DNA of 64,000 nt from Bilabrum cf. latius. Taxonomy: Eukaryota. The notes under the pieces are model-generated. The model saw only the letters and a program-made list of their open reading frames with translations, ran no database searches and was not told the origin of the DNA. Position numbers and translations under genes: made by a program. Location of the stretch: the NCBI GenBank assembly GCA_965178125.1, contig OZ237744.1, forward strand, positions 186,001 to 250,000. The letters are read 5' to 3'. Below, in pieces: positions 11,143 through 23,755 of this stretch (within the stretch, counting starts at the first letter, position 1; every line of letters starts with the position of its first letter).

Positions 11143-14100
11143 ATGTCGTCGCATGATGATGCTGCAGCTTTGCTTGCATCACTCGCAGCAGCTGATGCAT
11201 CCAACGTACGATCGAAATTGGAAGATGCTTCGTCCATGCGAAAGGTATTGCAAATGTCGTCTTCGACTGCGGGTAAAAAGAAGGCCAAGACGGGAACGAG
11301 GGGGGGCAAAGGCGCATCAAAGCGCAGAGGAAACCCAAGCGGGCTAGAAATGGCATTCGGGTCGGTTGCAGCAACTCGTGCCAGGAAAAAGACGAGTAAA
11401 GCGGGTAAAAGCACCAAATCTGAGCGAGTAGAATCATATGCGAGTAACTAGGCACTAGGTGCGATGGTGAAGGCTGTCCCAACAAGAGACTTTGGGACGG
11501 ATCACTCTCGAACGGGTGCACCAATGGCTGCCCCGCTGGAGCCCAGAGCCCCGCCATCGACCGTTCGCTCCTTGGAGCGGGCCAACCAGCGGGCAATTGA
11601 GGCTGGCTTGCCATCGCTTCCTCCTGCCTGGGTCTTCGGTCACGCTGCCAAGCGGGAAACCGGGAGCGGCCGCCGACGCCGCACCTGCTTGCTGCGGGCC
11701 ACCGCAGAGGCCCTCTGGTGGCCCCCCTTGAGGCGGCACTGCGACGCTCTGGCACGGGGTAGTACCGGCGGGGGGGCGGTCAGGGCCGCCGCGGAGGCGG
11801 TGCTTGCCTGCCTCACGGATAACAACGCCAAGTGCCCGGCCCACGTGGCTGCTGCGGCGAACCGGGAGGCTGGGGTGCTCGTGTCGGTCGGGGAGGCTGC
11901 GCCGCGCAGTTCCGGTTCCGCTGCAGGGGCTAGCTCAACGGCGCTCATCCCAGCGGCCCCGCGCAGAGCAAGTGCTTCGTCTTCCTTTGGAGGGGGAGGG
12001 GCGGGGGTCGTGCCTGGCGTGGGTGCCGCTGCTGACAGCGATGACGAAGATGAGGATGAAGATAGGGATGGATCGGACCACCCGGGTAGGGGCACGGCCG
12101 CCCCTGAGCCTGGCACGCTGGCAGAGCCGATGGCTCTCATTGAGGAGGAGAGCAAATTGGGAGACCACGCAGCGGCAGCGGCAGTGGCAGCGGCAGCGGC
12201 TGCGGAGTCACAGGAACAGCCGGTGGATCCGCCGGAAGACGCCGAGGAGACAGCGGTGCGAGCTGCAGCGGCCGCCGCGGGGGCGTTCCAGGGCCTGCTT
12301 TTGCGACCAATCCTGCGCTGCATGACGTCAGTGGGTGGCGCTCCCGGCGCGGCTCGACTCGCCGCCGCGGAATGCCTGCTTGCCTGCATCAAGGGCACCG
12401 AGGACTTCGGGCAGGCGACGCCGCTGATGCTGCCCGCGCTGCTGGACAGGGCTGGCACGGGCCTTTGGAACTACGACGTGCAGGGGCACAAGCTCTCCTA
12501 GGACGCTTCCGGTGAGGCATGCACTACAATGTGCATATCATGCATGGCGCCTTCCTTGGTGCCGAGATCCTCGCAGCTGTGCACGGAAGAATTTGCTGAT
12601 ATCGCGCGCATTTGCTGCTCCCTGTTCTTGTTCCCTGTCCGCAGCCCTAGAGGCCCACCTGAGAGGCCGTGTGACGAGTGAGGACATGGCCGCCCCCTCG
12701 GAGGCGCTGCGAGGCATCAAGCTGCAGGAAGCCGACGAGGAGGTGCGCGGGGCCGTCGCGCGCTGCCTGCTGGCCCTCCTGGCGCGGTGCACCGAGACCA
12801 AGAGCACAGTGTTGCTCAGGCGGAACGCGCCCGGGCTGGTGGTCGGTGCCGTGGCCCTGGCCAGAGACCCTGCCCCGGCGATTTGCGAGGCCGGTTGCAA
12901 TCTCCTGATCGCCCTGAGCAGGTGTCCGCTGCAGGACCAGGTGGTCGCGTTCGCGCCCGGGGTCGCAAAGGCGCTGTGTCCGCCCCTGCTTGGTCGCAAG
13001 GCCACGGTGGTGCGCGCGTGCCTGCGGGCCATGTCCGCCGTGGTCATGCTTGAGGACCCTTACAAGCGAAAAGGGGCGGGGACCGAGGCAATCGGGGACA
13101 TGGTGGGATACAGGGACGAGAACGTCGTACCGATACGGGCCTTTTACGGAAACGACAGAGAGGTGAACTACTTCGGGTCTTTGATCAGCAACGACAGCGC
13201 GCAGGTGAGATACGCCTTTGTTAGGGTCATCGCCAGCTGGATGTGGGGGCTGCCAGACCGCTGGGACCACGTCGGTCGGCTGCTTCCATTCCTTCTTGCG
13301 GGGCTGTGCGATGACGACGCGGCCGTGAGGCGAGTCGCGGGCGACACCTGGCGCGCCCTGGGGCGCAGGCACGAGATAGAGGAGCAGGGAAGGCTGATCG
13401 AGAGCGTGCAGTACGGTGTCGATGATGGGATCGATCCGGAGGAGGCCAAGGAGGACGGTCTCTCCGACTCGGGCGCGCCTGTCGACTCCCACGTTGCAGG
13501 CGATTCGGCGGCGGACGGGGACGGCGGTTTGGACGAGCTGGATGTTATCAGCGCGTCTGGCGCTGGCACTGGGGCTGATGCCGGTGCCGATGCTCGGGCT
13601 GGGTCAAGGTCTAGCCTGACTTTGCCCGCACGATCTTGGCTTGGGGCTGGTGGGCCGCAGCCGTTCCCGCTGGACGGAAGCGCGGCGTCTGGAGCCGAGC
13701 AGCTCCCCGGTTCGACACCGGGAGAGGGGACCGACCTCAAGTTCGATCGACCCCGCGGCATCACCAAGGAGGACGACAGGGCGGCTGTGGCGAATGCGCG
13801 CGGGGTTAGCGGGCGGCCGTCCATCGGGTGCAGGCTGCTAGTGAAGGCGCACGCCCCTCGCTTCTCAAAGCCATTGCTGGCAGAGCTCGGAGAGTGGACG
13901 GGCAAGGCACGGCCGCAGGCAGCCCGCATGCTAGTGCTGCTCGCCTCCCATTGGGAGAGGCTGCTGACCGAGCGCGCCCACAGCATGATCCGAGTGTGCC
14001 TCGCGCTCATGGACGGGGCACCGGCCTCCAGCCCGCCTCTCCCGTGGCCCCTGGACCCAATGCCGCGCGAATACAACTCCAAGTCCAAATTGCAGAGTGT

Positions 14101-16501
14101 AGGAACTACATCGGCCGTTGCGGCTGCTCTGCCCACAGCAGCTTCGGCAGCTGCAGAGGCCGCGAGAGCCGCGATGGCCGCAGCCAGGCAAACCGGCGCG
14201 CCCGACGGCTAGCAGGACAGGGCCCAGGGAACAGCAGAGTCACTGGCTGCGGCATCGGCACCTCCAGGTGCCCTCGCCATGCGTGCATCCGGCGCTGCAG
14301 GCGTGCCAGGTTCCGCAGACGCACTGGCGCTGTTGCTCGGTCGCAGCGTATCCTTCGAGGCCTTGCTTGGCCTGCTGGGCCCGTGGCTGCGGGGCGACGG
14401 AGAGGAAGATGCTGATTAGACGGTAGCAAAGACTCACACAGAGCAGACAGAATCAGACGTAACCTCTGCTGCTGGTGCTGCGCATCCAGCTGCATCGCAC
14501 GGCGGTGCCGAGGAGATGCCGACAGGCGCCCTCGTTCGGATGGGCGATCCGATTGAAGTGAAAGGAGCAGCGGGGGCAGCAGCACCAGACTTTGAGGCCC
14601 CAGCTCCGCCATCCAGCGCCCAGGGAAAGAAGGCATCCGCATTGAGCACTGCGGCGCAAAGGGTTTTGCTGCCTTCAGGCTCCACTGCGGGCAGATCGCT
14701 GGGTCGCATGCTTCGAGTGCTCGCCATGATGTGCGCCCAGGCGCGCCCAAGGGCGCTCAGAATGCATGCGGGCCTCCTTGCGGAGTGCCTGGGAAGCGAG
14801 AACTTGATCGAGACGTGCCTCGGTTCCGCACCGCACATGCCGCTAGCACTTCTCATGGTAGGTGCGGGTGCTTCACTGCATGCAGTTGCAGGCCATGCGT
14901 GTGGCGAGGCCGCAGCGAGCCCAGGTGCAGGCAGGCCCTCCGGCACAGACGTCAGGCAGGAGAAGCGCGCTGCCGCTGCCTCGGCGGCCGGCTTTCTGCT
15001 TTTAGTGCCCCATCCGCTCCGATCATTATCGACACCGGGTCCGGTGCCGGGCAAGGAGTCGGCGGCTGGGAATGGGACGAGCCTGGCGGCAGGGTCATCC
15101 ACCTCGGCCCCGCTGCTGCTTCCCAGCACCCGCCCCGGCGCCGCGCTTTCGGTTCCGCTGGCGGGTGATCAGTCTGCCCGCGTGCCTCTCCTGGCCCTGG
15201 CTGTGCCTCGCCGACCCTTCGCGTTCTCTGGTTCCGCCGATGGCGCCGCGCAAAAGTCTAGGTGGCTGCAGGCGGCAGCCGCGTTTGTGGGGAGGGCTTC
15301 GGCACGGGTGGTCAAAGGTGGACACGGTGGTGAAACCGGCGCCGATAGGTCTGCGGAACAGGCGCCGCGCGATACCACTGTGCAAGCCCGCAGCCTGCCG
15401 CAATCTGTCGCGGCGCCGGTCCTGCGGAACCTGGTCCCAGTTCTTCTGGCACTCGGGGAGCAAGGCAGGGCGGCAGCGCAGGCCGATTTCGCGAGCAAGG
15501 ACTTGCGGCCGGATGTTGCCGGCGGCTGGGGCAGCCTTGAAAGGATCGGCGCTGCGCCAGGTAGCCGTAGCGCCGACGCATCTTCCGTCACAGCAGGGTC
15601 AGGGTTGGACGAATCCGGTGGCGGTGTAACGAGCGCATGCCGCGCGCGGCTGGTCGCTGGAGAAGCCCACTGGTAGGCTCGGCTCGGACAAGGATCGGAT
15701 CAAGGATCGGATCAAGGATCGGATCAAGGTATTGGGGTACTGGTTGTTACAACCGCGAGGGTGGCCCAAGACGCTGGTGCTGTGGCGGTCCAGGTGCGTA
15801 CCGGTGCCTCAGACGGCTCTGAGGTTGCAACCGGTTGCGAGGTTGCGACCACCATGTCGGTCGCCGCAGATGCCGTCCTATCGGGGCTGGGCCTGGCTTG
15901 CGGCCCTCCGCTCGCGGAGAGTGTTGGTCGCTCCACTCTGGCTGCGGCCCGCGCGGTGCTGGCCGTGCCTGCGGGCGACGTCGTCGAGCTGTTCCGATCT
16001 GCGACCGAGGAGCAGCGCCGGGCGGTCGCAACCGGATCCGATCCGGTGTTCGGGTTCCGTTCTAGTGCTGCTACGGGGATGGTGCGGTGGGTTGCAAGCG
16101 CAGTAGAGGCCACTGCTGGCGGCTCCAACGGTGTGAGCCGGGAGACCGCAGGGAGCTAGCTGGTTGCGTGCATGCAGGGTACAGCGGAGGGGATCCGTGG
16201 ATCTGCGGAAACGTTCGCGCAGTTCCGATCTTCGAGAGGTGTGACGAGTGAGTCAACGGGTCGGGCGGCCGTGGCGGTGGGCAGCCAGTCCGGTCGGGCG
16301 CTCGTGCTACTCCGCGCTGCTAAGCACCTGCTTGAGGCAAGCACCGCAGCAGCCAGTGGATCTGGGCTTGAGTCTTCAGGACTGTCTGCTGCCTTGGCGA
16401 AGCTGGAAGGGGTTGTGACAGGCCTCCGATTTCTAGAGGGGATCGAGGCCTGGCCCTCAGCGGCTGCGGTCGTGGCGCAGGCGCTGTCATTATGCGCTTG
16501 A
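11143..16501 (+). CDS. DNAAF5: Dynein axonemal assembly factor 5-like (HEATR2) HEAT-repeat protein with long low-complexity insertions
   Basis: Segments WMWGLPDRWDHVGRLLPFLLAGLCDD...WRALG and RPSIGCRLLV...ELGEW...AARML resemble DNAAF5. Intron 12512..12644 (GTGAG...GCAG). TAGs at 11449, 12499, 14210, 14417, 15674 and 16157; ends in TGA. Confidence 0.75.
15689..15729 (+). repeat. 12-bp tandem repeat (CAAGGATCGGAT)x3 encoding QGSD
   Basis: Directly visible. The unit length is a multiple of 3 and it lies just after an in-frame TAG, consistent with continued coding. Confidence 0.85.
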
Positions 16502-16627
16502 CCGAGACACACAACATGAGTAGAAGTAGACAACAGTTGGTTACCTTGAAGCCTCAAAGCCCTCCTTACACACAATCGGATTCGCACGGGTCTACGTATT
16601 TAGCTTTTGCTTCTTCGCAATCTGCCT

Positions 16628-19600
16628 TCAAACCTCCCTCCACAACCGGCACCTGGCCTCGTACAGGCTGCACCGCGCCTCCCTATCCCATCGCAGGCTG
16701 CTGCGCACCAAGTCAGTGAACCAACCAGGGTAAGACTCATCGCCGCCACCGCTGCCTGTCGCGGCCCCAGCACCAGAAGCTGCACCCGCTCCAGCCGCCG
16801 AGCCGCTCCACGCGAGAGCTATCCCATCATCGCCGTAGTCTGGCACGTCCACCTGTGATGTGCGGCCTGGCAGGCTCTCGTACGTCCCCAGCGGGTGCTT
16901 GCCCCCTGTCGCGAGCTCATGCAGCAGCACGCCCAGCGCGAACACCGCCTGCTTTCCGAACGGAATCGTGTGCGTGGTCAGCGCGCGACGCCGGGCTGCG
17001 GCAGACGTCCCTGCCCTCGTCATGTGCGTGCCCTCTGCCCAGCTGTTCCTGACTTCGGGCGCCAGGTGCATCATGTTGCCCCCCGGCACCTTCAGCTCCA
17101 TCCACATGGTGCCATCGAGAGCTTCCCTGACCTCCACCGAGCGGGCCGGCTCAGATGTGGGAGCAGCAGCTCCACTGGCTGCCGCTGATGCTTTGGCTGC
17201 TTCGGCCAGAGGATGGTCGCATGTCTCAGTGGTGGGATCCACCGCGCCAGTGAACGAACATCCCAGGTCGATCAGCACAAAGCGAAGCATCTCAATGTTT
17301 CCATCGCGTGTCTCGGCGCTGGAGGATGCATCGCCTGCTCCTGCCAGCGCCTAATCCGCGGCTTGAAGCACCTTGCTGTCTTCCACCATTACATTGTCCA
17401 TCTTGATGTCCCGGTGCACCACGCCGTGCCAGTGCAGGTGCCACAGGCCCTCCGCGATCTGCCTCGCCGCCTGCAGCATCAGTGGCCACGGCAGCAGCCT
17501 CTGCGGAAAGCACGCGCGCCACTGCTCGAGCGTCTGCGGGAGCCACTCCACGGCCATGAAGAGAGCTGGCAGCCGACGCGTGCCCGCCCCAGCACCAGCA
17601 GGCACCTCGCCGGCTGCCCCGCCAGAAGCTGACCCAGAGCTCCGGCCCGCCTCGCGCTCGAAGTCGAGATAGCACTGCTCCCACACCCAGTCTGGTGGAG
17701 TGGCCTGCACCATGCCGATGAGCTTGACCAGGTTCTCATGCTCGGGCACGGCTCGCAGGGCGGCGTGCTCCGACTCGTACCTTGCCCTGTTCGAGTTGGA
17801 CGACTGGCCCCAGTTGGACAGCAGCTTCACAGCCACGCACGCGCGCAGTGATGCATCGGGGGAGGAGTCTGGAACTGGTGCACCTGTCATCGTGCACATG
17901 CACACGCTGCCGAACTGCCCTCGACCCATGAGCCAGTCGGGGCGTGCAGCAGCAGGTGCTGCATCTGCTGTAGGCGCTGGTGTAGTTGCCGTGGCATCAT
18001 CACGAGCGCAAGAGCCGTACAAGTAATTGATAACATCTCGGAGCGCTTTGGCTTCCTTTTCGGCAGGACTCAAGCCGCGGAGAATGGCGGCTCCTGCGTC
18101 GCCTCTCACGACCTATAGGCCGCTGTCTGCCTCGCCTATGGCCTCCTTCAGCTGCGCCTGCATGGCACGCAATTTCGGGTGGAGTTGGGCTGGACTGACC
18201 ATGCCTCGCACCAAACCATGCCGCGTTCGGGCAGCTGTGACAAGCACAGCTGTATGTTCTGCTTTGGCGTCTTGTTCACGCGCTTGCTTGAGAGCTGCTT
18301 GGGACTCCTCTAGCTGCTTCGTGGCATCATCCAATCGCTCCTGTAACGATTGAAGCTGCGCTGCTTGCTGTCTCGAATCTAAGGAGTGCTGCAATTCAAG
18401 GCTTGCGACCTGACCCCTAAGCACCTCACTCTGCTCCTGAATCTCGAGACCCTTGGCTACTGCAACGCCCTTTTTCTTAGTCTCTGCAGCAAGCTTGGCA
18501 CTGGTACTCTAGAGCTCTGACTTGGTGGCATCAAGCTCCTCTTTACTGCTGCTGAGCTCTTTTTTGGTTTTCTCCAGCTGTTCCTCCAGCGACTGCGATA
18601 CGGCCTTCTGCAGATCAAGCTCCTGGCGCAGCCGGTCAATCTCACCAGAGTTCACAGCTACGGGGGCCGGTGGTTGCGGCGGAGAGACTGGCAGCGGTAC
18701 ACCTGCTGATGCGCCACCACTGGCTGCGTCCTTCATCACACCAGGAACGCATTCGCACAATGGTCGGAACCCAGCCGGCGGCCTGTGCTTGAACTGTGCA
18801 GTTGAGGAACCTGTCAGGAAGCGCCCGCTGCCCCGTGCTCCCGAAAACATCGCAAACAGGGGCGACCCACCGCCTCTGGCCACCTGCTTGATGCGCTCCT
18901 CGTCGCTGAAGGCAGTCCCGTTCGGCGAGGAAAAATCACCGTTCCAGCCCGCTCTGATCTCGCCCTTCTCCATGTCCACGCACAGGCAGATCACGCCGCT
19001 TGCTTTGTTGAGGCCAAACCCTCCTTGGCTTCCGCGGTGCCACTTGAGCTGTCTATCGTAGTCCACAGCCCAGCTGTTGCCATCATCACCGATACCATTA
19101 CCACCGGTGCAATTAACTGGTAGAACGCCGAAGCCCACCTGGCCTGCACGCAGGTACACTTCCATGTCAAGCTCGTAGTACCACTTGCCTCTGAGCATCG
19201 GGTGCTGCGGCAGGAAGGCAGAGCACCAAGATGATACCTTCACTGTGCCATCAGATGACGCCGACATCGGCTGGGCGCTACCCGGTAGCGCAATCGGCTT
19301 GTCGACCTTGCACACTCGGAGGTCCTTCATTGCCCCTGTGCGGTACGTGTTGGAGCTGCCGTCCAGCCAGATGACCGACACAGTGCCGCTTCGAATTTCC
19401 TTTTCAATGTACCCGATCCCTCCCTTGTCCTGCATCTCCCATTTCCAGTCAGGCCCGCGGGAGACGGGCAGGCCAAGACGCACGAGCTCTGCTGTGACTG
19501 GCTCGCCCGTCGCCTTCGAGGTGGCCTTGCCGCCTGCAGCTGCAACTCCGGTCTCGCCGGCGATGTATAGATCGTAGCAATCGTCTGCCCCGATTCTGTA

Positions 19601-22370
19601 TCCAAATGAACCACCTGCATCCCAGTCTACGCCAGTCCATCCAACTGACGGATGATCTGCAGTCAAAGTCCCGAGCCCGTTGCCGTCCTGGTCCCCCCAC
19701 TTCCTGCGATACAGAACGCAATAAGAGGCTTGTACATACTATCGTGAGCGTATTGGCAAGGTGATAATGAGCACTGCACTCGATCTACAGCAGAACAGCA
19801 GCAGGCATGATCAAGTTTCCTTCTCACCAGTCTTTCCCCCTGCATACCCTGAGTCCCGCCCTCTAGTTGGATCGATCCACACGTACTGGCTCTGAGCCTG
19901 CTGCAGGTGTACTAGCTGCAGCCTCATCAGCAGATCCGGGGACGCATTCGCACAATGGTCGGAACCCAGCCGGTGGCCTGTGCTTCAACGGTGCAGTTGA
20001 GGAACCTGTCAGGAAGTGAGCACGCCCTGACTTGCCCGAAACCATCGCAAACAGGGGCGACCCACCGCCTCTGGCCACCTGCTTGATGCGCTCCTCGTCG
20101 CTAAAGGCAGTCCCGTTCGGCGAGGAAAAATCTCCGTTCCAGCCCGCCCTGATCTCGCCCTTCTCCATGTCCACGCACAGGCAGATCACGCCATTGGCAA
20201 CGTTTTGCCCGAACGTAGTGCTTTTGCCCTCGTGCCACCTCTTGCGGTTATCATAGTCCACAGCCCAGCTGTTGCCATCGTCACCGACTCCATTCGCGGA
20301 GGTGCACAAGACTGGCAGCACGCCGAAGCCCACCTGGCCATTCATGAGGTAGTCCACCATGTGTACCTCGTAGTACCACTTGCCTCTGAGCATCGGGTGC
20401 TGCGGCAGGAAGACAGAGCACCAAGATGATACCTTCACTGTGCCATCAGATGACGCCGACATCGGCTGGGCGCTACCCGGTAGCGCAATCGGCTTGTCGA
20501 CCTTGCACACTCGGAGGTCCTTCATTGCCCCTGTGCGGTACGTGTTGGAGCTGCCGTCCAGCCAGATGACCGACACAGTGCCGCTTCGAATTTCCTTTTC
20601 AATGTACCCGATCCCTCCCTTGTCCTGCATCTCCCATTTCCAGTCAGGCCCGCGGGAGACGGGCAGGCCAAGACGCACGAGCTCTGCTGTGACTGGCTCA
20701 CCCGTCGCCTTCGAGGTGGCCTTGCCGCCTGCAGCTGCAACTCCGGTCTCGTCGGCGATGTATAGATCGTAGCAATCGTCTGCCCCGATTCTGTATCCAA
20801 ATGAACCACCTGCATCCCAGTCTACGCCAGTCCATCCAACTGACGGATGATCTGCAGTCAAAGTCCCGAGCCCGTTGCCGTCCTGGTCCCCCCACTTCCT
20901 GCGATACAGAACGCAATAAGAGGCTTGTACATACTATCGTGAGCGTATTGGCAAGGTGATAATGAGCACTGCACTCGATCTACAGCAGAACAGCAGCAGG
21001 CATGATCAAGTTTCCTTCTCACCAGTCTTTCCCCCTGCATACCCTGAGTCCCGCCCTCTAGTTGGATCGATCCACACGTACTGGCTCTGAGCCTGCTGCA
21101 GGTGTACTAGCTGCAGCCTCATCAGCAGATCCGGGGACGCATTCGCACAATGGACGGAACCCAGCCGGTGGCCTGTGCTTGAACGGTGCAGATGAGGAAC
21201 CTGTCAGGAAGCGCCCGCTGCCCCGTGCTCCCGAAAACATCGCAAACAGGGGCGACCCACCGCCTCTGGCCACCTGCTTGATGCGCTCCTCGTCGCTGAA
21301 GGCAGTCCCGTTCGGCGAGGAGAAATCTCCGTTCCAGCCCGCTCTGATCTCGCCCTTCTCCATGTCCACGCACAGGCAGATCACGCCGCTTGCTTTGTTG
21401 AGGCCAAAGGATCCGCAGTGCCCACGATGGTATTTGCGCTGCCTATCGTAGTCCACAGCCCAGCTGTTGCCATCATCACCCACCCCATAAGCTAAAGAAT
21501 CACCCCGTTTGCAGTCAATCGGCAGCACGCCGAAGCCCACCTGGCCTGCACACAGGTAGTCCACCATGTCAAGCTCGTAATACCACTTGCCTCTGAGCAT
21601 CGGGTACTGCGGCAGGAAGACAGAGCACCAAGATGATACCTTCACCGTGCCATCAGATGACGCGGACGTCGGCTGGGGGCTGCCCGGTAGCACGATCGGC
21701 TTGTCGACCTTGCACACTCGGAGATCCTTTCTGGAGCCTGCGTAGTACGTGTTGGAGCTGCCATCGAGCCAAACGACCGACACAACTCCGCTTCGTACTT
21801 CCTTTACAATGTACCCGATCCCTCCCTTGTCCTGCACCCCCCACTTCCAATCAGGGCCTCTTGCCACGGCAGTCCCTGGAGCTGCTGCAGAAGATGAAAT
21901 CGGCTCGCCTTGTGCGCCAAGAGAGGCTGCGGGGCTTGCTGTAGCAAGATCTACACTATCTATCAGGTAAAGATCATAACAGCCCTGGGCTCCGACCCTG
22001 TAAACGTGACTAGAGTCTCCGTTGTCCCACGAGACCGCAATCCAACCATCACGTGAACACGGCTTCGTAGTCCCGCTTGATCCTCCTCCTTGGTCTCCCC
22101 ATTTCCTGCATCGGAATACACTGTGTAATATAACGCACAATAGCTAATGCATGTGCTTGCACTTCGATACGAAGCGCAAACTGATAAAGGCTTACCAGTC
22201 CTTGCCACGGCGAACGCGAAGCCCTACTTTGACATTGCTCTCGTCCACGCGAACTTCTGACTGCGCGTCGCATACTTTTACCCGATTCCTTGAAAGTGTT
22301 GAGTCGATTTACCAAAAGAAAGAGTCATTCCTGTGAATAATGCATGCGAATGCTGGCCAATCCTTACCAT
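16628..22370 (-). CDS. Multidomain protein: 3x(MIB/HERC2-MIB/HERC2-SPRY) + coiled coil + C-terminal protein kinase
   Basis: ATG 22370; introns 22261..22367, 22106..22195, 20899..21022 and 19704..19827. MIB/HERC2 motifs GLRVxRGKDW|KWGDQ...WD.G...YR.G...YDL and RGPDWKW. SPRY motifs GKWYYE, QVGF, GDDGNSWAVD, GVICLCVDM. Kinase motifs GRGQFGSV, VAVK, HENLV, HRDIKMDN, DLG, GGNMMHLAPE. TAGs at 21058, 19863, 18509, 18113 and 17351; ends in TGA. Confidence 0.85.
18740..22105. repeat. Intragenic tandem triplication, period about 1195 bp, including an intron
   Basis: ORF pairs are offset by exactly 1195 bp (19185/20380, 19663/20858, 19863/21058). Introns 19704..19827 and 20899..21022 are identical. Confidence 0.95.
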
Positions 22371-22716
22371 TGCAGATGGCTTGAGCTTGCTACGCAGCGA
22401 GTTTCACTTTGAACCTTGCCAAAAAAATTACCTATTACAGAAGCCAATCTATGCTCCCGGGAGCGAGCCGCAATAGCCAAAGTGGGGATGGCGTTCATAG
22501 GATCGCAAGGGGATCAAAAGCGCACGCTATCACGAAACCACATCTGGAACGAAGGCCCAGGGACACACCGAACTTCACACCTCAGCTGCAATGGCCTAAG
22601 CCACCTGAGCTCCACCCTGAGGACCCATTTCCCCCTGGGGAGCGTCAGCGGATCGCAAGGGCCTATAGCGCTGCGACTGATGAGCCGTTCCTGGCAGGGG
22701 GGATGGGCCATCTGAC

Positions 22717-23301
22717 GGACCCGATTGCGATGCTTCTATCGATTTCAAGCGGCGGCGGGAACTGGCAGTCCGCACAAACGATTGGAACCCCTTCGGAGCT
22801 TTCGGAATCGAACGCCTTGGCATCTCCCTGCCTGGGGCAGCCCTTGGGCCATGGCGTGCAACCCTCCCCCCCTCAACCCCCCAGTGGCCCCACCCCTGCA
22901 GAATGATCGTGAAGAAACTGGGGCTCCCCACGAAACCCCCACCCTGTCGTATGTGCAGTGTGTGCTGTGCTGTGTGCGGTGCACTCCTCGGGCTCTCGTC
23001 AGTGACTCGTCAGTGACTCGTCACACCTGTCCTGCTCCAGTTGCAGTTTGAGGCGCGTCAGCTCCCATTCATCGGACCTGTGCGGCATGTTGACACTATC
23101 GAACGTACTCTTTGGGGTAGCTGCAGCATCATTAGCTAGATCTAGCCCGCAGTACGAGATTGAGGTCACCAGCATGTCCCAGAAGCCCGTCATGTCAGTC
23201 GTGAACCCGGCAGGCAGTGGGCACTCTCCGTGCAAGTTCACGTTCAACCCTAGTTTTGTGCCAGCAAAAGAAGGATCAGGGATGAAAGAAGACATCATGT
23301 T
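22717..23301 (+). repeat. Direct repeat copy 1 (about 590 bp) of 25904..26497
   Basis: Shared sequence from GGACCC.ATTGCGATGC to GACATCATGTT. The 5' half has several substitutions and indels; the 3' half is nearly identical. Confidence 0.95.
23087..23301 (+). pseudogene. 5' fragment (about 72 codons) of the GH130-like gene
   Basis: Near-identical to 26283..26497. Homology ends abruptly at 23301. Confidence 0.8.
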
Positions 23302-23755
23302 GTAGAATTCGGTTCAGCCAGCGAGCACTCAGGACTGGCCATCACGCCATGCCAATTGCCCCTACCATTTTTCGCTAAACATAAAAATCAATGCCACCAA
23401 TTTTTATATAGAAACATTTCTTTTTAACCTCAAATCGGTAGTATTTGCAAGATTACCTCCATCTCGAGAAAATCGCGATCGAGTGCAAGCGAGCAGCGCC
23501 TCACCTTGTCGGACGGACCAGTAGAGCTATTTGCGGGATCCATAACCTCAGATCCAGCGCACCAATCGAATTGAATAATCAATTTAATCGTACCAGCAGA
23601 GCCTCAACTGAATTCATGCTGAGAAAGCTGAGGGAAGTGGCTCGCCCGTCGCCGATCATCAATCATCGCGCGCGGTGGACTGGGGCATATTTGATAATTT
23701 CTGCGCTCTAGCAGTCACAGAACGCCATCAAGAGCCTCCAACTACTATTGCAGCC

